A stretch of 64,000 nt of DNA from Heteronotia binoei (GCF_032191835.1 NC_083233.1:84568001-84632000); one strand, 5' to 3'; shown: positions 36,548 through 48,992, counted from the first letter of the stretch. Notes: generated by a model not told the origin, from the letters alone. Numbers and translations are program-made.

Positions 36548-39390
36548 TAAGAACATAAGAGAAGCCATGTGCGACCAGCCCAGTGGCCCATCCAGTCCAA
36601 CACTCTGTGTCACATAAGAACATAAGAGAAGCCATGTTGGATCAGGCCAATGGCCCATCCAGTCCAACACTCTGTGTCACATAAGAACATAAGAGAAGCC
36701 ATGTTGGATCAGGCCAATGGCCCATCCAGTCCAACACTCTGTGTCACATAAGAACAGAAGAGAACCCCTGTTGGATCAGGCCAGTGGCCCCTCCAGTCCA
36801 ACACTCTGTGTCACATAAGAACATAAGAGAAGCCATGTTGGATCAGGCCAGTGGCCCCTCCAGTCCAACACTCTGTGTCACATAAGAACATAAGAGAAGC
36901 CATGTTGGATCAGGCCAATGGCCCATCCAGTCCAACACTCTGTGTCACATAAGAACATAAGAGAAGCCATGTTGGATCAGGCCAGTGGCCCCTCCAGTCC
37001 AACACTCTGTGTCACATAAGAACATAAGAGAAGCCATGTTGGATCAGGCCAATGGCCCATCCAGTCCAACACTTTGTGTCACATAAGAACATAAGAGAAG
37101 CCATGTTGGATCAGGCCAATGGCCCATCCAGTCCAACACTCTGTGTCACATAAGAACATAAGAGAAGCCATGTTGGATCAGGCCAATGGCCCATCCAGTC
37201 CAACACTCTGTGTCACATAAGAACATAAGAGAAGCCATGTTGGATCAGGCCAATGGCCCATCCAGTCCAACACTCTGTGTCACATAAGAACATAAGAGAA
37301 GCCATGTTGGATCAGGCCAATGGCCCATCCAGTCCAACACTTTGTGTCACATAAGAACAGAAGAGAAGCCCTGTTGGATCAGGCCAGTGGCCCCTCCAGT
37401 CCAACACTCTGTGTCACATAAGAACATAAGAGAAGCCATGTTGGATCAGGCCAGTGGCCCCTCCAGTCCAACACTCTGTGTCACATAAGAACATAAGAGA
37501 AGCCATGTTGGATCAGGCCAATGGCCCATCCAGTCCAACACTTTGTGTCACATAAGAACATAAGAGAAGCCATGTTGGATCAGGCCAGTGGCCCATCCAG
37601 TCCAACACTCTGTGTCACATAAGAACATAAGAGAAGCCATGTTGGATCAGGCCAGTGGCCCCTCCAGTCCAACACTCTGTGTCACATAAGAACATAAGAG
37701 AAGCCATGTTGGATCAGGCCAATGGCCCATCCAGTCCAACACTTTGTGTCACATAAGAACATAAGAGAAGCCATGTTGGATCAGGCCAGTGGCCCATCCA
37801 GTCCAACACTCTGTGTCACATAAGAACATAAGAGAAGCCATGTTGGATCAGGCCTATGGTCCCTCCAGTCCAACACTCTGTGTCACATAAGAACAGAAGA
37901 GAAACCATGTTGGATCAGGCCAGTGGCCCCTCCAGTCCAACACTCTGTGTCACATAAGAACATAAGAGAAGCCATGCTGGATCAGGCCAGTGGCCCCTCC
38001 AGTCCAACACTCTGTGTCACATAAGAACAGAAGAGAAGCCATGTTGGATCACGCCAGTGGCCCCTCCAACACTCTGTGTCACATAAGAACATAAGAGAAG
38101 CCATGTTGGATCAGGCCAATGGCCCATCCAGTCCAACACTTTGTGTCACATAAGAACATAAGTGAAGCCATGTTGGATCAGGCCAGTGGCCCATCCAGTC
38201 CAACACTCTGTGTCACATAAGAACATAAGAGAAGCCCTGTTGGATCAGGCCAGTGGCCCCTCCAGTCCAACACTCTGTGTCACATAAGAACATAAGAGAA
38301 GCCATGTTGGATCAGGCCAATGGCCCATCCAGTCCAACACTTTGTGTCACATAAGAACATAAGAGAAGCCATGTTGGATCAGGCCAGTGGCCCATCCAGT
38401 CCAACACTCTGTGTCACATAAGAACATAAGAGAAGCCATGTTGGATCAGGCCTATGGTCCCTCCAGTCCAACACTCTGTGTCACATAAGAACAGAAGAGA
38501 AGCCATGTTGGATCAGGCCAATGGCCCATCCAGTCCAACACTCTGTGTCACATAAGAACATAAGAGAAGCCATGTGGGATCAGGCCAGTGGCCCATCCAG
38601 TCCAACACTTTGTGTCACACAGTGGCCAAAAATCCAAGTGCCATCAGGAGGTCCATCAGTGGGGCCAGGACACTAGAGGCCCTCCCACTGTTGCTCCCAC
38701 CTCCCCAGACACCAAGAATACAGAGCATCACCACCCCAGACATAGAATTCCAGCAATACGCTGTGGCTAATAGCTACAGATGGACCTCTGCTCCACATGT
38801 TTCTCCAATCTCGTCTTGAAGCTGGCTATGCTTGCAGCTGCCACCACCTCTTGTGTCAGTGAATTCCATGTGTTAATCACCCTTTGGGTAAAGAAGTACT
38901 TCCTTTTATACATTCTAACCCAACTGCTCAGCAATTAAATTGAATTTCCTTGAGTTCTTGTATTGTGAGAAAGGGAGAAAAGTACTTCTTTCTCTACCTT
39001 CTCTATCCCATGCATAATCTTGTAAACCTCTATCATGTCACCCCTCAGTCGACATTTCTCCCAGCTAAAGAGCCCCCAAGCGTTTTAACCTTTCTTCATA
39101 GGGAAAGTGTTCCAACCCTTTAGTCATTCTAGTTGCCCTTTTCTGCACTTCTCCCAATGCTATAATATATTTTTTGAGGTGGGGTGACCAGAATTGTACA
39201 CAGTATTCCAAATGAGACCACACCATCAGTTTATACAAGGGCATTATGATGCTGGCTGATTTGTTTTCAGTTCCCTTCCTAATAATTCCCAGCATGGTGT
39301 TGGCCTTTTTTTATTGCCATCGCACACTGTCTTGACATTTTCAGTGAGTTATCTATCGTAACTCCAAGATCTGTCTCTTGGTCAGTCTCT
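36548..39390 (-). mobile_element. 5'-truncated CR1 with about 31 tandem 67-bp terminal units (TTC28 intron 1)
   Basis: Array 36548-38616, then 3' UTR and RT C-terminus to 39390; CCCTCC flanks both ends (36542-36547 and 39391-39396), a candidate target-site duplication. Confidence 0.92.
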
Positions 39391-39685
39391 CCCTCCATCG
39401 TCCCCCCAACCATGTGAGGTGGGCAAGGCTGAGCAACCAGCCCCGGGTGACCTGGATATCAAGGCCCTGGCTCAGGAAGGGGGGAGTCTGCTTCTGGCTT
39501 TCCTACATCCCCTCCTGCATTCCCCACAGAAGCAGTGGGGTGGAGGGGAAGTCCTGACAGAGAGGCTGTTCCCTAAACCTTCAGGGGCACCTTTTGTCCT
39601 CCTGTGACCCCTTTTTCCTGTGGGCTGAGAACAGGAGAGGGGTAGAAGGGAGGTTGCTGTCCCACTCACTCTGCCCTTTGGCTCG

Positions 39686-40320
39686 GGCTGTTCACACCTG
39701 AAGAAGAAGACTGCAGTTTTACACCCCTTCTCAGGCTGTTCACACCTGAAGAAGAAGACTGCAGTTTTACACCCCTTCTCGGGCTGTTCACCCCTGAAGA
39801 AGAAGACTGCAGTTTTACACCCCTTCTCGGGCTGTTCACACCTGAAGAAGAAGACTGCAGTTTTACACCCCTTCTCTCTGAATCCGAAGCTCAGCGGCTT
39901 ACAATCTCCTTTATCTTCTTCCCTGTGAGGTGGATGGGGCTGAGAGAGCTTTCACAGCAGCTGCCCTTTCAAGGACAGAGTCTCAGAGCGGCCTACAATC
40001 TCCTTTCCCTTCCTCCCCCACAACAGACACTCTGTGAGGTGGGTGGGGCTGAGAAGGTTCTCCCAGAAGCTGCTTTTCAAGGACAGAGACTCAGAGCGGC
40101 TTACAATCTCCTATATCTTCTCCCCTCACAACAGACACCCTGTGAGGTGGGTGGGGCTGAGAGGGCTCTCACAACAGCTGCCCTTTCAAGGACAACTCCC
40201 ATGAAAGCTATGACTGACCCAAGGCCCTTCCAGCAGCTGCAAGTGGAGGAGTGGGGACTCAAACCCAGTTCTCCCAGATAAGCGTCCGCGCACTTCACCA
40301 CTGCACCAAACTGGCTCTCT
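39686..40320 (-). mobile_element. Squam3-like SINE with triplicated body segment and 4 tandem copies of the tail plus flank (about 47 bp)
   Basis: Head reverse complement ends at about 40320; an approximately 110-bp segment is repeated three times; GCTGTTCACACCTGAAGAAGAAGACTGCAGTTTTACACCCCTTCTC is repeated four times. Confidence 0.8.
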
Positions 40321-41270
40321 ACCTGCTCAGAGACAGCAGAGCTCCCCCTCAGGCAGCTGAGGCCAGCTGAGTGCTTTCCTTTCAGAGCGGCAGGTGCAAG
40401 GCGGCCCAGCTGCCTCCCCATCCCCACGCCAGCCCTCCTCTTCCTCTCTTTCCTGCTGGCCCCGGCCCCTCGTCAGCTGGCTACTGCTGTGCATGTCCCC
40501 TCTCACCCACCTTCACTGGGCTGCAGTTAGAGGAGGCAGGAGGGAAAGCCATCCTGCCTCCTCTTTCTCCGCCTTTTGCCATCTCTCCCCCCCCCCGCCC
40601 CGGGTAGCCATTTCCTTACTATTCCTCGACAGCTTCGCCTGCCCACCGCTCACCACCTGTGCCCGCTCACCCTCCCCAGGCAGCCTTCCCCCTCCTGGGG
40701 CCAGTTGCTCTGACCCCTGGGCTGTGTGACACGCCTGCCTTAGAGCCCTCGCCCCTGAGTCTCGGATATGAGATGCAACACCTGCTTGGCAAATTTAGTG
40801 CCATCAATGAGGGGAGAAGAGATGAGGTTTGCTGAGTTTTGGCTTTTGGTGGCACTTTAATTCTAGTTGTAAGTGTGAAGAGGTTAGTTCGTCTGCCTTG
40901 CAGCATCCTTATCACTACTCAAATGCATCTGATATTTTTGGAGAGGGATGGTGTCACAAGCAGGGGATCAGGGCCCTTGGGAGTGGGATGGTGCCACAAG
41001 CAGGGCCTTCTACTGGCTGCCACTGCTTTGGTAAGGGTCTGTCTGGGAGAGCTCGGAGCACCCACCCAACCCATCTTCCTTCTCAGCAAGCACATTTTAT
41101 CTGTGACCCAAGAGGCCTGCAGACCCAGGTGGTATAACAACAACGGTTTTATTGTAAGTGCTCAAGAACAAACAAGTGGGTTGTTACTTTTAGTACAGTA
41201 ATGAACATGGAAAAACAGTAAAGCCGCCCTGAGACACCTAGGTGAGAAGGGCGGGGTATAAATCTTAATA

Positions 41271-41313
<43 letters not shown>

Positions 41314-42614
41314 AGGGGGTGCAAAGAAAATAAAGGGGGTGCAAAGAAAATAAAGGCCCTGCTGCAACTAACTATACATTCCCTTCCTTCTGCTTCCAAC
41401 TGACTCACAGCTCTTTGGATGAGGGAGCTCTCCTGACTGCAGCCTTCTCTCCAGCCCAGGCTTTCCAGAGAGAGAACACGCCTCTTCCTCCAGCTAGGCC
41501 TTTTATCCTTTCCTCCCAGATCCGACACCTCTGGTCTCCACTGAGCAAGTTTTCCCTCGAAAACTTCTTCCCACCCAGTCAGAGGGACAGACAGGGCCCG
41601 CGTGCGGGAGTAGGCCAGGTACGTGGGTGCCATCTGACCTATAGGCACAGCCAGGTGCCCCCTCCCTCCACCCCGCTGCTCTTGGCTTCCCCGGTCTGTG
41701 AAGGGTCTTTCAAGGGAAGGTGGGCTCAGAGGAGAGCACACCCCACCCCGCCATTCTTGGCTTTGAACCTAAGAGCGTCAGGTTGATGTGGCACCCTGCA
41801 CACTCTTTGGAGCCCACCTTTGGCACAGACCTCAGCCCCACCCCCTTTTGACTTCCTGGTTCTGCACAGACCTGGGAAGCCGAGATTGGGGCAGTGCGAC
41901 CTGTGCACTCTTCAGAGCCACCAAAGGCAGGCTCCATCAAGCACACAGGCTGCCACTCTGCCCTGCCCCAGCCTTGCCTTTCTGGGTCTGCCCAGGGCAA
42001 GGCCTCCGGCTCACAGACGTCTGGCACTGACCGTGGGGACAGAAGGGATCCTGGGAAATGTAGGCCCTGTAGCTGCTTTAATACAGGCTTCCCTGGAGCC
42101 TGTAGGCCTCACTAGGCCTAGGATCATGACAGATGGCTATAGAGGTATAAATGGCAGGGCTGTCCTTGAAGGGGTCCCGATTCTGTGCCAACAGCTGCCA
42201 TACAAGGAAAGGGTAGGAAAGGACAGGTGATGCATGGGGGAAATGGCAAGGCAGGGATGAGCGTTGCTGTTCTGTGAGCGAGCCGTCCTGGCAGTTCAGT
42301 CTGAAGGAGCTGATGGCTCTGAATGCCAAGCAGCCAACCTGTGTTTTGTTCAGAGAAGGCCCCTGCATGCTCAGCACTCAGAGTTGGAGCCGTGGTGGGA
42401 CTCCCAGCGAGGGGTCTGGGAAGACCCTCAGCGCTGCCGCTTCCTGTGAAGCAAAACCACCAGGGCCAGCGGGTCCGCTGTGGCGCCATTGCCTTTCAAG
42501 AGGGAGGCAGTTGAACTAACAACAAGCCACAGAATCGCCTGCTGCCGTTTGTTTTTGTGAGGGTGGCCGGTGGTGATTCCTGCCTGGGAGTTCATTGCTC
42601 TTTTTCACTTGCAG

Positions 42615-42887
42615 ATGTTTGGCTCCAAACACTTTGGCGGTGGCAGCCCCGAGGCCCCCCTGCTGAGCAAGTCGGAGTTTGTGGAGAAGGTTCGCCAGAG
42701 CAACCAGGCCTGCCGCGAGGGGGACTTCCACAAGGCCGTGGCCCTTTACAGCGAGGCTCTGGCAGTGGATCCGCAGAACTGCATCCTCTACAGCAATCGC
42801 TCCGCAGCCTACCTGAAAACTCAGCAGTATGACAAAGCTCTAGATGATGCCCTGAAGGCCCAGCTCCTGAACCCCAAATGGCCAAAG
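42615..42887 (+). CDS. TTC28: TTC28 exon 2 (first TPR repeats)
   Basis: LSKSEFVEKVRQSNQACREGDFHKAVALYSEALAVDPQNCILYSNRSAAYLKTQQYDKALDDALKAQLLNPKWPK is near-identical to human TTC28; acceptor TTGCAG|ATG, donor AAG|GTAGGG, 273 nt, phase 0-0. Confidence 0.96.
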
Positions 42888-44118
42888 GTAGGGAAGCCCG
42901 GCTCTCCCCAGGTGCCTGAGCTCGAACCCCTGGCAAGGACGGTGTCTCCTCTCTGCTCCGCTTGTGGGGACGAGGCCTGGTGCCTGGGAGGCAGCAGGGA
43001 GGCTGCTTGGGGCTGGCCTGGCTCTGTGGAGGTGGGAGAGTTGTGCTGTGTACAAATGCGAGGGCGTCTGGCAGGGCTGTCCTGTCTCTCTGTCTCAGGC
43101 GTTTCCTCACGGAAGTGTGCCTGCAAGAAGGTGCCTTGACTTTGCAGGATGTGCTTGTGGCACCGCTTGGCCTGCAAGAGAAGGCTGAACAACTGCCTCA
43201 CCCTTTGTGCATGATGTGCCGGGAGGCTTTGGTGTTTCAGGCCTTGTTTGTGTGGGCCCTGGAAGGCATCCCCAGGAGCTGTGCCTGAGTACAGCAGTGG
43301 GTGTGTGTGTGTGGGGGGGGCGCCCTTGCCTTTGAGCAGTCTTTGGGCCTTCCCTTCCGAGGGGGCCAGTCTCCTGCAAAGATGGGCTGCTGTGCCTTTT
43401 TCCCTTTTGCAAGCAATGGCTTCTGCACATAAGGAGCCCAGCTGGTGTGCCAGAGGCTGCTCAGTCCCAGGTCTCTGCTCATTTATTTGGAAGAAGCGTC
43501 ACAGGGCGCCTCTGCAGAGGGTCCCAACAAAAACATGATAGTCAAAGCATGAAGTCAGACCATGAGAACAAGCCAGGCCATAAAAGCAGCTCTGAGAGTC
43601 CCAACAAGTTGCCCATTAAAATGACAAATGAGGAGGGAACTCCTCAGTCCAAAGCCTGGTTCAGAAGAGAGTTGGGGCTGGGGCCTGAAGAGGAGAGGGC
43701 AGAGAGGTCCAGGAAGCTGCAGGTGTGTGTGGGGGCTTTCCAGAGGCAAGGGGCCACCACTGAGAAACTGCTGCCAGTGGTTTCGTGAGGTCAGGAAACG
43801 ATCCTGTTGTTCCTCATTATTCTGGGTCATGGCATAAGACTATAAAGTCTCGTTCTTGGTAACGGCTTTTGTTGCATGAGAAGACCCTTGTATGTCTTCA
43901 CATCTGAACTTGAGTGCTGGTGAGTGGTGGAGTTCTTCCTTAAGAAACTCCAAACCTTCTGGTGCCTGCACACCAAGGGGACTCTCAAAGGCCCCCCCCC
44001 CCCCACACCGCTAAGCATTGTCTCCCCTGCTGCGCAGAAGACGCAACAGCGGAAGGGGCTTTGTGTTCTTTGTGTTTTGCTTTCGGTGGCTTGATAGGGG
44101 ATGACCAGTCCCATAGAT

Positions 44119-44252
44119 CAGGGGTGGCCAACGGTAGCTCTCCAGATGTTTTTTGCCTACAACTCATCAGCCCCAGCCAGCATGGTCAATGGCTGGGGCT
44201 GATGGGAGTTGCAGGCAAAAAACATCTGGAGAGCTACCGTTGGCCACCCCTG
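44119..44252. mobile_element. Palindromic hAT-type MITE with an 8-bp target-site duplication
   Basis: CAGGGGTGGCCAACGGTAGCTCTCCAGATG...CATCTGGAGAGCTACCGTTGGCCACCCCTG; flanks CCATAGAT / CCATTGAT. Confidence 0.85.
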
Positions 44253-44991
44253 CCATTGATGATCCTCGTCTGAGGCTCTGCTGGTATTTCCATGGCAACC
44301 CCAAGGAGGGCTGTCCCACTGCCTCTGTTGCACTAAAGACGAGAATCCACTGCAGGGATCTAGATTTGGAGGAGGCAGGAAGAACCTTCGCAGCCCCTGT
44401 CTGTCTTGTTTTATGGAGAGCTCTGGCGTTAATGAGATAGGCCTTTTCAGTCTTTTTCCAGTTGTAGTTTCCCTTTGCCCTTTATCATGTGGGTGCAGCC
44501 AAAGTGGGTCTTCTTGCAGCCTGGGGAAGCTGTCAGCCAAACAGCCAGGTCTGGTTTGCTGCCTCTAGATGTCCACTGACTTGATGGGATGAATTGAATG
44601 ACTTGCTTTGGCTCTCATGTGCCCCTAGGCTGGAGGGATGAGCCCTCTGCAAGCCTGGCCCAGGGCTGGACTGAGATCGGCAGAGTGCAAGAGAAATCCA
44701 CCCCCCCCCCCCCCCGCCGAGAACTAGTTTGTTTGCTAGACGGGCTTGTTTGCCAGACGGGTTTCCAGGTGGATGTCAGGATCCATCTTGGCTGCTTCTA
44801 GGAGTGCCTTCCTGACTCCTCTGCTGTGCTGGTTGCCGGGGCTGAGGTTGTTAATGGTCTGATCTGTGTTCTTGCAGGTGATGCTGAAAAAGTGACAGTG
44901 TTTGCTTAAAATGTTGCACTTGGAAAGACCCTGTTGCAGAGTGTGTGGGGGAGCAGTGATGGAATGAATTGACTGTACAGGTGTGGAGGCT

Positions 44992-46760
44992 GGAACTCTT
45001 GGGGAGCCCTTGGTGGTGAGGAACTCTTGGGGAGCCCTTGGTGGTGAGGAACTCTTGGGGAGCCCTTGGTGGTGAGGAACTCTTGGGGGGCCCTTGGTGG
45101 TGAGGAACTCTTGGGGGGCCCTTGGTGGTGAGGAACTCTTGGGGAGCCCTTAGTGGTGAGGAACTCTTGGGGAGCCCTTGGTGGTGAGGAACTCTTGGGG
45201 AGCCCTTGGTGGTGAGGAACTCTTGGGGAGCCCTTGGTGGTGAGGAACTCTTGGGGAGCCCTTGGTGGTGAGGAACTCTTGGGGAGCCCTTGGTTGTGAG
45301 GAACTCTTGGGGAGCCCTTGGTGGTGAGGAACTCTTGGGGAGCCCTTGGTGGTGAGGAACTCTTGGGGAGCCCTTGGTGGTGAGGAACTCTTGGGGAGCC
45401 CTTGGTGGTGAGGAACTCTTGGGGAGCCCTTGGTGGTGAGGAACTCTTGGGGAGCCCTTGGTGGTGAGGAACTCTTGGGGAGCCCTTGGTGGTGAGGAAC
45501 TCTTGGGGAGCCCTTGGTGGTGAGGAACTCTTGGGGGGCCCTTGGTGGTGAGGAACTCTTGGGGAGCCCTTGGTGGTGAGGAACTCTTGGGGAGCCCTTG
45601 GTGGTGAGGAACTCTTGGGGAGCCCTTGGTGGTGAGGAACTCTTGGGGGGCCCTTGGTGGTGAGGAACTCTTGGGGGGCCCTTGGTGGTGAGGAAGTCTT
45701 GGGGAGCCCTTGGTGGTGAGGAAGTCTTGGGGAGCCCTTGGTGGTGAGGAACTCTTGGGGAGCCCTTGGTGGTGAGGAAGTCTTGGGGGGGCCCTTGGTG
45801 GTAAGGAACTCTTGGGGAGCCCTTGGTGGTGGGGAACTCTTGGGGAGCCCTTGGTGCTGAGGAAGTCTTGGGGGGGGCCTTGGTGGTGAGGAACTCTTGG
45901 GGGGCCCTTGCTGGTGAGGAAGTCTTGGGGAGCCCTTGGTGGTGAGGAACTCTTGGGGGGCCCTTGCTGGTGAGGAAGTCTTGGGGAGCCCTTGGTGGTG
46001 AGGAACTCTTGGGGAGCCCTTGGTGGTGAGGAACTCTTGGGGAGCCCTTGGTGGTGGGGAACTCTTGGGGAGCCCTTGGTGCTGAGGAAGTCTGGGGGGG
46101 GCCTTGGTGGTGAGGAACTCTTGGGGGGCCCTTGCTGGTGAGGAAGTCTTGGGGAGCCCTTGGTGGTGAGGAACTCTTGGGGGGCCCTTGCTGGTGAGGA
46201 AGTCTTGGGGAGCCCTTGGTGGTGAGGAACTCTTGGGGAGCCCTTGGTGGTGAGGAACTCTTGGGGAGCCCTTGGTGGTGGGGAACTCTTGGGGAGCCCT
46301 TGGTGCTGAGGAAGTCTTGGGGGGGGCCTTGGTGGTGAGGAACTCTTGGGGGGCCCTTGCTGGTGAGGAAGTCTTGGGGAGCCCTTGGTGGTGAGGAACT
46401 CTTGGGGGGCCCTTGCTGGTGAGGAAGTCTTGGGGAGCCCTTGGTGGTGAGGAACTCTTGGGGAGCCCTTGGTGGTGAGGAACTCTTGGGGAGCCCTTGG
46501 TGGTGAGGAACTCTTGGGGGGGCCCTTGTTGGTGAGGAACTCTTGGGGAACCCTTGGTGGTGAGAAACTCTTGGGGGGCCCTTGTTGGTGAGCAACTCTT
46601 GGGGAGCCCTTGGTGCTGAGGAAGTCTTGGGGGGGGGCCCTTGGTGGTGAGGAACACTTGGGGAGCCCTTGGTGGTGAGGAACTCTTGTGGAGCCCTTGC
46701 TGGTGAGGAACTCTTGGGGGGGCCCTTGCTGGTGAGGAATTCTTGGGGGGCCCTTGATGG
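44992..46760. repeat. 28-bp G-rich minisatellite, about 63 copies
   Basis: Unit GAACTCTTGGGGAGCCCTTGGTGGTGAG with patterned variants. Confidence 0.95.
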
Positions 46761-47439
46761 TTTGGCAGCTTGGAGGGACGCCTGGTGATTCTCGTGGCTG
46801 ACTGTGCTGCCCTCTGGTGTCTCTTGCTGAGCCTGCAGGGTGGCCAGAGCAAGCAGCCGGCCTTGGAGTTTCTCTTGAATGGGGGCGAAGAGGGAGAGAC
46901 TTACTGGGTGTTCCTTCCTGTGCCAAAGGAGGAGGAGGGCCTTGGTTTTCAGGCTGTGCCTTTATCTGTGAGAAGAAGGCAGGCTGCTCTTCAGAACGTC
47001 GAGGCTTTGCACCGAGAGGCCAGCTTGTGCGTCCTGCCCTTTCGTGGGGCTGGGGAGGAGGGAGGGAGGGAGGGACAGCCCTTGTGTGCCTGGACCATGA
47101 AGAGGAAGCCCCTGCAGTCATGGAGTTCTTCAAAGGTCCTTGAAGATGACGAAGCAGAGTGGTAGCCTGCTGGCGTGAGGCAGGGCCTGAAATGGAGACA
47201 AGCCTTTGGGGTTTTGAGTGTGAAAGATGGCAGCACCTCCCTGGACAGCACACGGCCCTGGAGATTGTCCTGGATTTGAATATTCAACAAGAAATGCCAA
47301 ATGGCCCATGGTTGTAATCACTTCACAACTGAAAAAGGAATTTTAGCAAAAAAATTTGTGTATTTGTCATATAATATCATTCTCATGAACACGACTCACA
47401 GTATGACTAACAATAAACATCGTGACCCGAAACAAACCC

Positions 47440-48290
47440 CAGGGGTGTCAAACTCATTTGTTAAGAGGGCCGGATCTGACATAAATGAGACCTTGTCGGG
47501 CTGGGCCAGGTCTGGCTGGCTGTGTGCATTCCTATTTAAGATTAGGTAGCAGAGAAATAAGAGCCCCGTGGCGCAGAGTGGTAAAGCTGCAGTTCTGCAG
47601 TCAGAGCCCTCTGCTCACGACCTGAGTTCGATCCCAGTGGAAGCTGGTTCAGGTAACTGGCTCCAGGTTGACTCAGCTTTCCATCCTTCCGAAGTCAGTA
47701 AAATGAGTACCCAGCTTGCTGGGGGGAAAGTGTAGATGACTGGGGAAGGCAATGGCAAACCACCCCGTAAAAAAGTCTGCCGTGAAAACGTTGTGAAAGC
47801 AACGTCACCCCAGAGGCGAAAATGACTGGTGTTTGCACAGGGGACTACCTTTACCTTTTTACCTTTAGAAGAGATATAAACTTTGTAAACGACACAGACA
47901 AATACAATTAAAGATTTTGTATCTCTCCCATGTGATCCAGGGAACTGGGCAAAGGAAGCTCTTGCTTTTTCTTTCCTTCCTCAGGGGGCCAGGAGGGTGA
48001 GGAGCCTCAGCCAGTAGAAGGAAGAGAGGCCTGGCTCATTAGCTCTGCTGTGCGATTGAAAGAGCCTGGTAAAGCAAGCTCTGTCTTGTAAAGCAAGGGA
48101 GGAGCCTGGGACAATGGAGAAAATAGAGGTTTTGCTTTGTAGCTCCTGTGTGATTGAGCAAGCCTGACAAAACAAGCTGTGATGTAGAAGGAGAGGGAAA
48201 AGGAAGCAGATGACAGCCGGTTGCTCGGGGGGCCTGATAGGAGCTCTCTGGGGGCCTGATTTGGCCCCCGGCTGCATGTTTGACACCCCT
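47440..48290. mobile_element. hAT-type non-autonomous element containing a nested SINE
   Basis: Termini CAGGGGTGTCAAAC / GTTTGACACCCCT. Confidence 0.65.
47561..47866 (+). mobile_element. Sauria-like SINE (intact copy)
   Basis: tRNA-like head with GAGTTCGATCCC B box, BovB-like GGAAGGCAATGGCAAACCAC segment and (ACCTTT)n tail; imperfect 13-bp flanking duplication. Confidence 0.8.
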
Positions 48291-48489
48291 CCCCTACATA
48301 GAGGGGCTGAACCTCTCACAAAGACCACTTAGACATTCAAACAGAGACCAAACATTTGAAAAAAGTCTCTTCACAAGTGTCCAAAAGTGCAAATTCCTGA
48401 AGTGTCCCACATGATCTGGCCACACCCCTCTGGCAACGGCACCATCTTTTTAAAGACGGGGGTGACATTAGCTGCCTTCCAGTCCATGA

Positions 48490-48992
48490 AACTGAGGAGG
48501 TCCTACAACTGGCAGACAATTTAAAAACTGACAAGTCACCAGGCCCAGATGGCATACATCCAAGAGTTCTGAAAGAACTCAAAGGTGAAATTGTGGACCT
48601 CCTGACAAAAATATGTAATCTTTCATTAAAATCTGCCTCTGTTCCTGAGGACTGATAAAAGGAAGTCCTTCACCCAAAGGGTGATTAACATGTGGAATTC
48701 ACTGCCACAGGAGGTGGTGGTGGCTACAAGCATAACCAGTTTCAAGAGGGGGTTAGATAAAAATATGGAGCACAGGTCCATCAGTGGCTATTAGCCACAG
48801 CCTATTGTTGGAACTCTCTATCCAGGGCTCTGTATTCTTGGTGCTTGGGGGGCAACAGTGGGAGGGCTTCTAGTGTCCTGGCCCCACTGGTGGACCTCCT
48901 GATGGCACTTGGGTTTTTTGGCCACTGTGACACAGAATGTTGGACTGGATGGGCCATTGGCCTGATCCAACATGACTTCTCTTATGTTCTTA
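48490..48992 (+). mobile_element. CR1 fragment with an internal deletion of about 1.2 kb
   Basis: KSPGPDGIHPRVLKEL...VPED is joined directly to the DKRK...SISGY region at about 48655; single terminal unit. Confidence 0.8.

Noticed and set aside
36548-38616. Regular repeat arrays superficially resembling CRISPR
   Set aside because: There are no unique spacers and no cas genes, the context is eukaryotic, and the units are CR1 3' ends.
44851-47253. Long minus-strand ORFs of 800, 648 and 481 aa
   Set aside because: They arise from the 28-bp minisatellite, which has no stop in any minus frame; there are no splice or domain signals and they are antisense to a TTC28 intron.
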